A stretch of DNA of 64,000 bases from Bacteroidales bacterium (GTDB lineage: Bacteria; Bacteroidota; Bacteroidia; Bacteroidales; VadinHA17). Location: contig PLLX01000097.1 in assembly GCA_003141415.1 (NCBI GenBank), forward strand, positions 10,315-74,314. The letters run 5' to 3'. The notes below the pieces were generated by a model. It did no database searches. It worked only from the letters and a program-made list of their open reading frames with translations, and was not told the origin of the DNA. Positions 47,638 to 59,565 of the stretch are shown here, piece by piece (position 1 is the stretch's first letter; the number at the start of each line of letters is the position of its first letter). The translations under genes were made by a program, and so were the position numbers.

Positions 47638-48060
47638 ATGACATTGAATATCAGCAACTTAGAACTTACAGGGAAAAATATAGTTATTGTTGAGGATGAC
47701 CTCCCGTCAATCAGGTACTATGAAACATTACTGAAAAATTCGGGAGCTGATGTAGTGAAGTTTCATACGGGGAAGGAATTCGTTGATTATTTGGCCTTGG
47801 GGAACAAAACAATTGATCTTGTTTTTATGGATTTTCTTATACCGTTAATTAACGGTATCGAATGTATAAGAATCCTCAGGAAAGACAGAAAAAACACTCC
47901 TGTTATAATGATTACTGCCTACTCTTCCGAACAGGCAAAAACAGAGGCTTATATTGCTGGGTGCAATGAATATATTTTAAAACCTATCTACCCGGAAAAG
48001 GTTTTTTTCATCCTGGAAAAATACCTGAAATCTAATATTTCGGTTCCCCATTCTTATTGA
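47638..48060 (+). CDS. Stand-alone response-regulator receiver domain
   Basis: VEDD acidic pocket, phospho-acceptor in VFMDFLIP, T in ITAY, K in ILKP. Confidence 0.85.
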   Translation: MTLNISNLELTGKNIVIVEDDLPSIRYYETLLKNSGADVVKFHTGKEFVDYLALGNKTIDLVFMDFLIPLINGIECIRILRKDRKNTPVIMITAYSSEQAKTEAYIAGCNEYILKPIYPEKVFFILEKYLKSNISVPHSY

Positions 48061-48110
48061 TCTTTCCCTTTCATTTTGCTAAAGGTTTCATTGCCTTTCT
48101 GTTTTTTATT

Positions 48111-51100
48111 TCATTTCCCTGCAGGCTGTATCACCTTAACATAATCTTTATAGTAACTCTCCAGTTTCTTAGTTATCACTTCACCCATTTCAGGTTTTCC
48201 GTTAACTGAACAGATATTCGCTATCCGTGACGTATACTGGATAGCTGTCTGTATCTCAAATTCTGAAGCGTTAACAATAAAAGGTTTTTGCTTAAGAAAA
48301 TAATCAAGTCTCTTATAATAGTAATCACAGAACGCATTAGTCATCTCAACGGCTTTCTCTGCAGCCCCTGCAGCAAAATAGGCTTCAATTATATCTGGCA
48401 TATACGGATCATATGGTATCTTATCAAGAGGAAAGGCATTCATACAAAAGTTAAGTGTTTCTATTGCCTTTTCATTTTCCCCCTCAACATAAAGAGCTTT
48501 TGCAAGCCTTGCATAATTCAGCCTGGCTTTGACAACAATAATTGTCCGTTGGTGGTTGTAATCTATATCTACACCTTTCTTATTCGCACCTCTCCAAACA
48601 AATTTTTTAATCAAATTCTGGTATAGAATATCAGTATCGATACGTCCATAATCAAGCCAGTTTTTATTTTGTGATTTTATAGGTACTAAACGATAAGCGA
48701 GTCCTTCCAGCTGAAAATATTCCTCAAGGCCCAATGCATCATTATGGTATCCGGTAATAAAGTAAATAGGCCGTTCCCAGTTATTGTGCGCCAGAATATC
48801 AAGAACAATAAGCTGGCTTTTAAGTATTGAATTCCCTTTAAGTTTGATATCAATATATGGCACAATCTTATCTGCATCTTCAGGTTTAACTGTTCCCGAG
48901 GAAAGTACCTTTGCTTTATCAACAGGAATTCTGATTGTCCTGGATGGAATAATATCGAGGATCTCAGATGCTGAAACCTGTACTTTTGTTGCCTTGTTAT
49001 CACTCTTTACAAAATCAATTATTGTTGAAATATCTACCGGGTCTTTTGTTTTTTCAACAATGAAGAGCTGATTGTTGATCCCATCGTAATATTTTTGAAC
49101 GGGTAATGTAACGGGAAGAGGAGCAGATCCATAACTTCTGTTTTTCATCTGGTCGATGTACCAGTCGGTATTAAGTAGCATCAGGTTGCATACACGGATA
49201 TCTGTTCTTGCACCTTCTACCTCCTGGGCATACCATAAAGGAAATGTGTCGTTATCTCCATTTGTAAAGAGGATAGCATCAGGGGCACAGGAATTCAGAT
49301 AATCAAATGCAACATCTCGGGCAAGATATCGTCCGGAACGGTCATGATCGTCCCAGTTTTCCGCACCCATTATAACAGGTACCGCGAGAAAACATAATAA
49401 CCCGGCAACCGGAGCAGCAATCTTCTCACTGGTAAACTTTGAGAATCCTTCGAACATAGCAAGGACTCCCAGGCCTATCCATACGGAGAAGAAGTAGAAT
49501 GATCCGGCATAAGCATAGTCCCTTTCACGGGGCTGGTTTGGATATTGGTTAAGATAGACTACAATTGCTATTCCGGTCATTACAAACAACAGAAGAATTA
49601 TTCCCCAGTTTTTATTATCGCGGTTCAACTGATAGAACATTCCAACCATACCCAGGATAAATGGTAAGAGATAATACTTGTTCCTCGAGGGATCGGTTTT
49701 CATATCTCCAGGCAAATCGGAAGTTCCAAGTCTTGGCTCATCCAGAAATTTAATTCCTGTCAACCAGTTCCCATTAACTGTACCCCCGGTTCCCTGAGTG
49801 TCATTCTGTTTACCGGCAAAGTTCCACATAAAATATCTGAAATACATGTAACCAAACTGGTATGAAAACATAAATCGGAGATTCTCCCTGAATGTTGGTT
49901 TTTTAAGGATCTTTTTCTCACCAGACTGGTCAGTAACCTGTATCGGAGTTCCCTTAACCCTGGCCCATTGCTTGTAAACCTCCTGATGGTCACTCTGATC
50001 ACTCCACATTCTTGGGAAAAGAGTAACAAATCTTGGATCATATACGCGTTCAAGGTTATGACCTGTTATTATATACTTTCCATTCTCAAGGGCATATTTA
50101 GGTTTCCCGTCTTCATAATCTGTAACGGGCGCATTATAATAGGGCCCTTTAAATAATGGCCGTTCGCCGTATTGCTCCCTGTTCAGAAAATAAAGAAGGT
50201 TAAATGGATTTGACGGATTGTTTTCATTGAGCGGAGTACCGGCCAAAGACCGGATCACAATAATCGCGTTCGAAGAATATCCAATGAGGATAACCATTAT
50301 AGCTGTAAGCAAAGTATTAAGTGTGGTTCTGCTTTTTCCAGCCATATACCAGATGACTCCGGATATTGCCAGGAGCACCAGTATATTAAGAATAGCGGAA
50401 CCGGAAATTAACCAGATTCCTGTAAAGAAAAGGGCTGCTATGGCAAAAAACCCGTTTTTTACCCAGTTTGTTGATGAAAATGAGAATTTGACTGCAAAAA
50501 TAAAAAGAACAGCTACAAGGATTACATGGAAAACCATCCCACTATTTGCAGGAAGGCCCAGGGTATTCACGAAAAACCAGTCGAATTTTGAAGAAATACT
50601 TACAACACCTGGCATTATTCCATACATCAGGAGCGACAGAAGTATTATTGAAGTTACTAATGAGATAAAAAATCCTTTCCAGGAAAATTCGAATTTTTTA
50701 AAATAATAGACGAGCACTATTCCCGGCAGTGTGAGGAGATTAAGAAGATGGACACCAATGGAAAGTCCCATAAGAAAAGCTATAAGGATTATCCATTTGT
50801 CGGCATATTTTTCGTCAGCTACGTCTTCCCATTTGAGGATTAGCCAGAAGACGAGTGCAGTAAAAAAAGCAGATGACGCATATACCTCCCCCTCAACTGC
50901 AGAAAACCAGAATGAGTCTGAAAATGAATAGGCTATTGAACCGACGATACCTGCAGCCATAACTGCAATGATCCTTCCGGTATTATATTGATTCCCATTC
51001 TTAATAAGAATTTTTCTTGCAAGGTGTGTAATAGTCCAGAACAGGAAGAGGATTGTAAAAGCGCTTGCCAGCGCTGACATGGAATTGACTGTGGCGGCAA

Positions 51101-51323
51101 CTTTTGTGACATGCCCGCCTGCAAAAAGAGTAAAAAACCTGCCCATTATCATAAAGACAGGATTTCCAGGAGGATGCCCGACTTCCAGCTTAAATACTGA
51201 AGCAACGAACTCACCACAGTCCCAAAGACTTGCCGTAGGTTCAATTGTCATCAGGTAGGTATAAGCTGCAATAATAAACACTGCCCATCCTGATATGTTA
51301 TTTATCAACCTGTACTTCTTCAT
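48111..51323 (-). CDS. DUF2723 (TMEM260/PMT-like glycosyltransferase) membrane protein with a C-terminal TPR-like region
   Basis: The N-terminus YLMTIEPTASLWDCGEFVASVFKLEVGHPPGNPVFM is the DUF2723 signature. Many TM helices. 1070 aa. Confidence 0.75.
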   Translation of the reverse strand: MKKYRLINNISGWAVFIIAAYTYLMTIEPTASLWDCGEFVASVFKLEVGHPPGNPVFMIMGRFFTLFAGGHVTKVAATVNSMSALASAFTILFLFWTITHLARKILIKNGNQYNTGRIIAVMAAGIVGSIAYSFSDSFWFSAVEGEVYASSAFFTALVFWLILKWEDVADEKYADKWIILIAFLMGLSIGVHLLNLLTLPGIVLVYYFKKFEFSWKGFFISLVTSIILLSLLMYGIMPGVVSISSKFDWFFVNTLGLPANSGMVFHVILVAVLFIFAVKFSFSSTNWVKNGFFAIAALFFTGIWLISGSAILNILVLLAISGVIWYMAGKSRTTLNTLLTAIMVILIGYSSNAIIVIRSLAGTPLNENNPSNPFNLLYFLNREQYGERPLFKGPYYNAPVTDYEDGKPKYALENGKYIITGHNLERVYDPRFVTLFPRMWSDQSDHQEVYKQWARVKGTPIQVTDQSGEKKILKKPTFRENLRFMFSYQFGYMYFRYFMWNFAGKQNDTQGTGGTVNGNWLTGIKFLDEPRLGTSDLPGDMKTDPSRNKYYLLPFILGMVGMFYQLNRDNKNWGIILLLFVMTGIAIVVYLNQYPNQPRERDYAYAGSFYFFSVWIGLGVLAMFEGFSKFTSEKIAAPVAGLLCFLAVPVIMGAENWDDHDRSGRYLARDVAFDYLNSCAPDAILFTNGDNDTFPLWYAQEVEGARTDIRVCNLMLLNTDWYIDQMKNRSYGSAPLPVTLPVQKYYDGINNQLFIVEKTKDPVDISTIIDFVKSDNKATKVQVSASEILDIIPSRTIRIPVDKAKVLSSGTVKPEDADKIVPYIDIKLKGNSILKSQLIVLDILAHNNWERPIYFITGYHNDALGLEEYFQLEGLAYRLVPIKSQNKNWLDYGRIDTDILYQNLIKKFVWRGANKKGVDIDYNHQRTIIVVKARLNYARLAKALYVEGENEKAIETLNFCMNAFPLDKIPYDPYMPDIIEAYFAAGAAEKAVEMTNAFCDYYYKRLDYFLKQKPFIVNASEFEIQTAIQYTSRIANICSVNGKPEMGEVITKKLESYYKDYVKVIQPAGK

Positions 51324-51450
51324 TCTTTACTATCTTTATCTAAAGGAAACCTTTAATTATTTCAGATGTCGAAAATACTTATTATTTTCACACGATAGTC
51401 AACGAATTATCGCTCACTAATTTTGCTATTTTTGAGCAATATTTTTTTCA

Positions 51451-54348
51451 ATGAAACATTCTCTGTTATTTTTATATACAGTTTTACTATTCTCAGTTCA
51501 GACTGTCTCTGCACAATATTATGAGACCGGTCAGGATCCGGCTTCTCTTAAATGGAAGCAGATAAAAACAGGCAGGTTCACCGTAATTTATCCTGAGAAT
51601 TACGGCCCTGGCGGAATTATGTATGCAAAATCGCTCGAGGAATCGTATTCAAAACTTTTATCACTTTTCCCTGAAAAAAAGTTTAAAATCCCTGTTGTGA
51701 TTCACAATTTTACCATACAGTCAAATGGTTATGTTGCCTGGGCCCCAAAACGAATAGAATTATATCCGACGCCGGATCAGAACTCCATTCCTCTTGCCGC
51801 GGAAACACAACTGACAGTTCATGAACTTACTCACGTTTTCCAGATGGAATCATTAAACCGGGGCTTTTCAAAAGGGATGTCAGTGCTATTCGGGGAGCAG
51901 TTCACCGGAATTGTTGCTGCACTTCTGCCTTCATGGTTCCTCGAGGGTGATGCAGTTTTTGCTGAATCAGTTCTTACACCATCGGGCAGAGGACGTACTC
52001 CATCATTTCAGAAACAACTTAAAGCACTGATAGTTGACAATAAAAAAACCTATAATTACGATAAGATACTTAATGGTTCATATAAGGATTTTGTACCTGA
52101 CTATTACGAATATGGTTATCAGATGGTTGCCTGGGCACTGACCAAAAATGACCCACGGATATGGATTAATATGCTTAAACTCACTGCTGAACGACCATTT
52201 ATTCTTAACCCGGTCAATATCAGCCTTTCAAAAAGCTCGAACCTAAAAAAGAAGACACTCTGGAAGGAAACTTTCGATACACTAAGAACCATCTGGACAA
52301 AAGATGTTTCCGAAAATAACACGACACATTACGATGTAATAAATCCTGACAAACACGGAGAGTATATTAATTACTATTCACCTCTACTAGCCGGCGCCGA
52401 CAGTATAATTGCTATTAAAACCACATTCTCTTCTCCCACTTCATTCGTACTGATAAATTCAATCCAAAAAACAGAAAAAAGGATCCATACTCCCGGACAG
52501 GTATACCCTATGTTTATCTCATATGCCAAAGACAAGCTGGTTTGGGTTGAAACACAAACTGATCCAAGATGGGAAAACAGAGAATATTCGGTTATTAAAC
52601 TGATGGATCTAAAAACCAATGAGGTCATAAAACTTACACGAAAATCGAGATATCTTGCTGCATCGCTCTCTCCCGATGGAAGCAAAATTGTTGCAGTGGA
52701 AAACACTGTCGCCAACATTAATAATCTTGTCCTTATTGATGCTGGAACCGGATCTGTAATACAATCTGTCCATAGTCCGGGAAACGTGTATCTTCAGCAT
52801 CCGCAATGGGCTGAAGGTGGAAAGAAAGCAACTTTTGTTTTTTTGGCAGATGCCGGGGAAGGAATTATATCATTCAAATTTGAGAATCAGGAATGGGAGA
52901 CCCTTATTGAAGCTGCAAGAAATGATCTTCAGTCTTCATTCCTGAGAAACGACTCCCTCTTTTTTATAAGTTCCGTATCGGGGACAGATAATGTTTATCT
53001 CCTGACTCCCGATAAAAAAACAACTGCCCTGACCCGTTCGAAATTCGGGACAATTGATGTCAGTCCAGGCGGGAATAAAATCTTTTTCGGTGATTATACC
53101 TCCTCCGGGAATGAAATATGCAGTACCTCAGTCAGAATAGCACCGGGAGTGGCAAAAAACAATGTCAGTTCCTCATCTTTCCTTATCAACAGATTTAACA
53201 TTACTCCGCCACCAGATACTTCTAATAGCGCTATTGTTTATACACCTGAGGCTTACAGAAAGTGGCAGCATCTTTTCAGATTTCACAGCTGGATGCCATT
53301 TTATGTTGATATTGAAGATCTTCAGTCTGATCCGACAAACATCAGACCCGGTGTTTCTATTATGACCCAGAATACTTTAAGTACACTTATCTCAACAATA
53401 GGCTATGAGTATTCAGCAGAGAGACGCAACGTATTTCATTCACGGATAACTTGGCAAGGCTGGTATCCGGTTCTTGAATCACAACTCGATTATGGTAATC
53501 TTCCTGGAATATATAAAATGGGGCAAGAAATTTCCAACCCTTCTGATATCCAGCCAGGTATAAGTTTTACAAATACTCTTTCTCTTCCTCTTCAGTTCTC
53601 CTCAGGCAGATTCTCAGAGTATCTGCGACCTTCAATTACTACTGATTACATAAACCAATATATTTATATCAAAGAGAAAGGGACCTATGACTATGGTCAG
53701 ACAATAATTACCGAAAGACTCTTTTTTACAAATTATTATCAGACTGCACTACGGGATATATATCCCAGGTGGGCACAGACAATCGACTTTAATTACTGCT
53801 CTGCTCCATTTGATAAAACGATCTATGGATCAGCAATATCATTAAAAACCGCATTCTATTTCCCGGGACTTTTTCCCAGCAACGGCATAAGAATCAGGTT
53901 AGAAACGGAGAAACAGGATCCTGAGAAATATTTATATGAAAACTTTTCGTCGCTCCCCCGTGGTTATAAAAATATTATTTCAACAGAAATAAATTTTCTG
54001 TCAGTTGATTATGTAATGCCTCTTGCATACCCCGATTTCAATGTTGCAAGTCTTCTATATCTTAAGAGGATCCGTACAGGGCTGTTTTATGATTATGCTA
54101 CTGGGCCTGGCAATTCAATATATCAATATACTTCCAGTGGACTGATTCCGCTTTACAACAATCCTGAAAGGGAATCTTTCAAATCATTAGGAATTGAACT
54201 GCTGGCAGATTTTCATGTTCTCAGGATACCTTATATGATATCCGCCGGAGTTCAGTCAGCATGGAAAAATGTAAATGAATCACCCTCTATTGAATTCCTG
54301 TTCAATATTGATCTATACGGTTTGATTATTGGAAAGAGGCAGATGTAG
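51451..54348 (+). CDS. Large secreted protein with an HExxH motif and a TolB-like beta-propeller region (uncharacterised)
   Basis: Signal peptide, QLTVHELTHVFQ (HExxH), and LSPDGSKIVAVE-type WD40-like repeats. 965 aa. Confidence 0.5.
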   Translation: MKHSLLFLYTVLLFSVQTVSAQYYETGQDPASLKWKQIKTGRFTVIYPENYGPGGIMYAKSLEESYSKLLSLFPEKKFKIPVVIHNFTIQSNGYVAWAPKRIELYPTPDQNSIPLAAETQLTVHELTHVFQMESLNRGFSKGMSVLFGEQFTGIVAALLPSWFLEGDAVFAESVLTPSGRGRTPSFQKQLKALIVDNKKTYNYDKILNGSYKDFVPDYYEYGYQMVAWALTKNDPRIWINMLKLTAERPFILNPVNISLSKSSNLKKKTLWKETFDTLRTIWTKDVSENNTTHYDVINPDKHGEYINYYSPLLAGADSIIAIKTTFSSPTSFVLINSIQKTEKRIHTPGQVYPMFISYAKDKLVWVETQTDPRWENREYSVIKLMDLKTNEVIKLTRKSRYLAASLSPDGSKIVAVENTVANINNLVLIDAGTGSVIQSVHSPGNVYLQHPQWAEGGKKATFVFLADAGEGIISFKFENQEWETLIEAARNDLQSSFLRNDSLFFISSVSGTDNVYLLTPDKKTTALTRSKFGTIDVSPGGNKIFFGDYTSSGNEICSTSVRIAPGVAKNNVSSSSFLINRFNITPPPDTSNSAIVYTPEAYRKWQHLFRFHSWMPFYVDIEDLQSDPTNIRPGVSIMTQNTLSTLISTIGYEYSAERRNVFHSRITWQGWYPVLESQLDYGNLPGIYKMGQEISNPSDIQPGISFTNTLSLPLQFSSGRFSEYLRPSITTDYINQYIYIKEKGTYDYGQTIITERLFFTNYYQTALRDIYPRWAQTIDFNYCSAPFDKTIYGSAISLKTAFYFPGLFPSNGIRIRLETEKQDPEKYLYENFSSLPRGYKNIISTEINFLSVDYVMPLAYPDFNVASLLYLKRIRTGLFYDYATGPGNSIYQYTSSGLIPLYNNPERESFKSLGIELLADFHVLRIPYMISAGVQSAWKNVNESPSIEFLFNIDLYGLIIGKRQM

Positions 54349-54352
54349 ACTT

Positions 54353-55771
54353 TCAGGAAATAATATGCCGGGCTGATTCTTTTATAAGTAGCCAGGCTTT
54401 TTGAACATGTTCGATTGTTACGTTTGTCTGGGCTGTTACCATTCTTAGCGTATACTTCCCATCTAACACTGTATGACTCAGATATAATTTGCCGGAATCA
54501 TTAAGCCGGTGAATCAGTTTTTCATTAAAAACATTTATCTGATCTTCATTATACCCGGCAGGAATATACCGGAAACAGACAACACAAATAATTACAGGGG
54601 CGAGTATTTCAAAATCATCTTCTTTTGAGATCATTTCCGATAGTTCTGCCGCAATACTTATGTGATTTCTTACTTTTTCGCGAAGGCCTTCAACCCCGTA
54701 AGTTCTGATCACGCTCCATAGTTTTAATGCTCTGAATCTTCTTCCCAGCGGGACTCCCCAATCACGGTAATCATTTACCTTTCCCCTGGTTCTGGTTTTA
54801 AGATATTCCGGGAGTATTTCAAACGTTTTTATCAGGGTCCCGGCATTCTTTACAAAATAGGCAGTACAATCAAAGTTTGTAAACATCCATTTATGCGGAT
54901 TAAAAACAAAACTGTCGATATATTCCTTTCCGTCAAGCATCCATTGGAATTCGGGAAGAATTAGCGCGGTACCGGCCATTGCAGCATCGATATGGAGCCA
55001 TAGTTCATATTTATTGCAAATCTCACCTATGGCTCTTAAAGGATCAACTGAAGTGGTCCCGGTAGTTCCTAAAGTAGCAACCACGCAACAGGGAATGTGT
55101 CCAATATTTTTATCATGGATAATTGCTTCTTTCAGCTTTTCAGGATCCATTGAAAAATCATCCCTGACAGGAATTTTAACCAAATTTTTCCTGCCAATTC
55201 CACTTATTTTAACGGCCTTTTCAACAGAGGAATGAGTCTGTTCTGAACAATAAACCTTCAGAACACCTGATTTTTCAAAACCTTCGCTGTTACATGAAAA
55301 TCCGGTAGATTGTTCCCGGGCTGTAAGTATTGCTGAGAGTGTTGCAGTAGATGCGGAATCCTGTATGACGCCTTCAAACCCGGAAGGCAGGCCTATCAGA
55401 TCCCTTAGCCAGATCATCATTTTTTCTTCCAGCTCTGCTGCTGCCGGAGAAGTTTCCCATATCATACACTGCGCTCCGAGTGTAGCTATAAGCATTTCTG
55501 CCAGGATGGAAGCCGGGCTGTTGTTGGCAGGAAAATATGCAAAAAAACTGGGATTCTGCCAGTGGGTCATTCCCGGCATTATTATTTCATTAAAATCCCT
55601 CATCAGAGAGTCGAATGATTCCGGATGTATTGGGGGTTTGCCGGGAATTTTATTAAAAATCTCACCCGGCTTCACTGATGATTTGACCGGCCATTTCTCA
55701 ACATTTTCCATATAGCCTGCCATCCATTCAACCAGCTCATGGGCATTTTTGCGAAATTCATCAGGTGTCAT
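54353..55771 (-). CDS. PLP-dependent group II (aromatic-L-amino-acid/tyrosine-type) decarboxylase
   Basis: The NPHKW PLP-lysine motif (FVFNPHKWMFTNFDC), HWQNPSFFAYFPA and SASTATL. Confidence 0.85.
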   Translation of the reverse strand: MTPDEFRKNAHELVEWMAGYMENVEKWPVKSSVKPGEIFNKIPGKPPIHPESFDSLMRDFNEIIMPGMTHWQNPSFFAYFPANNSPASILAEMLIATLGAQCMIWETSPAAAELEEKMMIWLRDLIGLPSGFEGVIQDSASTATLSAILTAREQSTGFSCNSEGFEKSGVLKVYCSEQTHSSVEKAVKISGIGRKNLVKIPVRDDFSMDPEKLKEAIIHDKNIGHIPCCVVATLGTTGTTSVDPLRAIGEICNKYELWLHIDAAMAGTALILPEFQWMLDGKEYIDSFVFNPHKWMFTNFDCTAYFVKNAGTLIKTFEILPEYLKTRTRGKVNDYRDWGVPLGRRFRALKLWSVIRTYGVEGLREKVRNHISIAAELSEMISKEDDFEILAPVIICVVCFRYIPAGYNEDQINVFNEKLIHRLNDSGKLYLSHTVLDGKYTLRMVTAQTNVTIEHVQKAWLLIKESARHIIS

Positions 55772-55781
55772 TTGATATACC

Positions 55782-56027
55782 TTAGCTTACGGAATCTGCA
55801 AGAAGAATTATTTTGTTTGCTTTTACTTCAATCACTCCCCCGCTGATCTCATATATTATTTCTTTATCTCCCTGATCAATCATTCTGACAGGACCATTTT
55901 CGAGGGTAGAGATAATTGGTGCATGGTCCTTTAATACCTGGAATGATCCTTTCTTTCCCGGAACCCTGACAGATTTGATTTCCCCTTCAAAAATCCTTTT
56001 GTCAGGTGTGATAATCTCTATTTTCAT
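55782..56027 (-). CDS. atpC: F1 ATP synthase epsilon subunit
   Basis: 81 aa, IITPDKRIFEGEIKSVRVPGKKGSFQVLKDHAP. Confidence 0.9.
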   Translation of the reverse strand: MKIEIITPDKRIFEGEIKSVRVPGKKGSFQVLKDHAPIISTLENGPVRMIDQGDKEIIYEISGGVIEVKANKIILLADSVS

Positions 56028-56066
56028 ATCAACTTATTAATAAACAGATTCTTCCAGATTAATAAA

Positions 56067-57584
<1,518 letters not shown>

Positions 57585-57643
57585 TTATTTATTAATGTTT
57601 TTCAGAAGAGACAAATTTAATAATTTTTGTGTTTTAACCTAGA

Positions 57644-58618
57644 TCAATTATCTCTTCCAATTAGTGAGTTAGCAATATTTACCAACTCTATTTTTCTTTC
57701 GTTAGTCGCACTAACCTTTCCAAGAAGACTGAAAGCTGTGTTAATATAATCATTAGCAAGGGTTTCTGAAATATTTTTAATATTCAGCTGATCATATATT
57801 TCAATAACTTTTTTTACTTTGGCTTCCGGGTCAAATTCTTTCAATCCAAACAGTTCATGAAGCTGTTTTGCCTGTTCGATTGAGGCTATTTCCAGGGCCT
57901 TAACAAGCATGAAAGTTTTCTTATTTGAAATGATGTCTCCACCCATTATTTTGCCAAATACTTTAATATCTCCATAAATATCCAGCAAGTCATCCTGTAT
58001 CTGGAATGCAAGACCCAGGTTTCTGCCATACTCATAAAGTATTTCCGCATCCTTGTCGTCGGCACCACCTATAATAGAACCAATTTTAGTTGAAGCGGCA
58101 AGAAGCGCTGCAGTTTTCAGCTCAATCATGCGCAAATATTCCTCGTGTGAAACAATTGCTGCCTTTTCAAAATCTATGTCGAGTTGCTGACCAACACATA
58201 CTTCAATAGCTGCCTTATTAAAGACTTTGAAAACTTTTAGCAAGTGGCGCGGAGGAGATTGCAAAAAACATTCATTAGCAATAAATGCCATTACATCGCC
58301 TGACAGAACTGCCTGGTTAAGGTTCCACTTACTGTGAACAGTTGGCAGGTTTCTTCTGACGGGTGCATGATCCATAATATCGTCATGAACCAGCGTGAAG
58401 TTATGAAATACTTCAATACCTGTTGCAGGGATAACTGCATCGTCAATTGTGTCGCTAAAAAGGTTGCAGGCCATAAGGGCCAGAACGGGCCTTAATCTTT
58501 TTCCCCCGATTGAAAGGATATACTTAACCGGGTCATTAAGCTTTTCTGCTTCCTCATTATAAGAAAGATTCAGAATAGCCTTATTGACTAATTTTTTTAG
58601 ATCAGACTGAGTATACAT
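57644..58618 (-). CDS. Polyprenyl diphosphate synthase (IspB/GGPPS family)
   Basis: FARM LVHDDIMD and SARM IQDDLLD motifs, plus GGKRLRP. Confidence 0.88.
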   Translation of the reverse strand: MYTQSDLKKLVNKAILNLSYNEEAEKLNDPVKYILSIGGKRLRPVLALMACNLFSDTIDDAVIPATGIEVFHNFTLVHDDIMDHAPVRRNLPTVHSKWNLNQAVLSGDVMAFIANECFLQSPPRHLLKVFKVFNKAAIEVCVGQQLDIDFEKAAIVSHEEYLRMIELKTAALLAASTKIGSIIGGADDKDAEILYEYGRNLGLAFQIQDDLLDIYGDIKVFGKIMGGDIISNKKTFMLVKALEIASIEQAKQLHELFGLKEFDPEAKVKKVIEIYDQLNIKNISETLANDYINTAFSLLGKVSATNERKIELVNIANSLIGRDN

Positions 58619-58652
58619 CCTGGTTTCTTTACAACCTGATAATCAATTAAAT

Positions 58653-59537
58653 TTAACCTTTAAGCGCTTCTGCGCCACTTACAACTTCAAGTATCTGATT
58701 TGTAATGGTTGCCTGTCGGGCTTTGTTGTACTGAAGTGTCATATCCCTGATCAAAGCTGTTGCATTATCGGTTGCTTTATGCATTGCGGTCATTCTTGCG
58801 CCATGTTCTGCTACAAATGAATCAAGAACAGCTTTATAGAACTGAATTTTTAATGATTTTGGAATCAGCTCCTGGATGATTTCCTCTTTATCGGGTTCAT
58901 AAATGTAATCCGTGGGAGTGGTTATAATTTTTCCTGATGGAACGGTTTCAACAGGAAGGAATACTTCATTTGTAAGGTTCTGTACTGCTGCATTTTTAAA
59001 CTGGTTATAAATCAGTACCACCCTGTCGTATTCAGATAATGCAAAACTGCTCATGATCTGTTCAGCTATAATCGTAACATTTTCAAAAGTAAGATCATTA
59101 AACAGATTATTCTGTTCAGGAAGCATTTTTATTTTCTGCTTCCTGAAATAATCAAATCCCTTCTTTCCGATTGTTAAGAGTGACAGATTCCCCTTTCTGA
59201 GCTGGTCAGCATATTCTTCAGAAATGACTCTTCTTGTTTCATTTATGACATTGGTATTGAATGCTCCGCAGAGACCTCTGTTAGAGGTGACCACAACAAT
59301 AAGAACCTTTTCAGGAGAGGCCACCCTTCCATAAATATTCTCAACTTCAGAGTCAGCAAGGCTCAGTGAAACATCAATCAGGAGCTCATGCAGTTTAATC
59401 GCATAAGGCCTCAGTCTCACAATCTTATCCTGAGCTTTCCTCAATTTGGCAGCAGACACCATCTTCATTGCTGAAGTAATTTGTCTGGTCGACTTAAAAG
59501 ATGTGATCCTAATCCTTATTGCCTTTAAATTCGCCAT
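58653..59537 (-). CDS. atpG: F1 ATP synthase gamma subunit
   Basis: MANLKAIRIRITSFKSTRQITSAMKMVSAAKLRKAQ and a C-terminal ITNQILEVVSGAEAL. Confidence 0.95.
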   Translation of the reverse strand: MANLKAIRIRITSFKSTRQITSAMKMVSAAKLRKAQDKIVRLRPYAIKLHELLIDVSLSLADSEVENIYGRVASPEKVLIVVVTSNRGLCGAFNTNVINETRRVISEEYADQLRKGNLSLLTIGKKGFDYFRKQKIKMLPEQNNLFNDLTFENVTIIAEQIMSSFALSEYDRVVLIYNQFKNAAVQNLTNEVFLPVETVPSGKIITTPTDYIYEPDKEEIIQELIPKSLKIQFYKAVLDSFVAEHGARMTAMHKATDNATALIRDMTLQYNKARQATITNQILEVVSGAEALKG

Positions 59538-59565
59538 CTAAAATTCATTTTCCGGGTTATCCTGA

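Noticed and set aside
48288-51124. Several ORFs inside the DUF2723 gene region: 48288, 48784, 49968, 50218 and 50731 (plus strand); 48686, 49760 and 50933 (minus strand)
   Set aside because: All are antisense or out of frame relative to the 1070-aa DUF2723 gene, and none has motifs.
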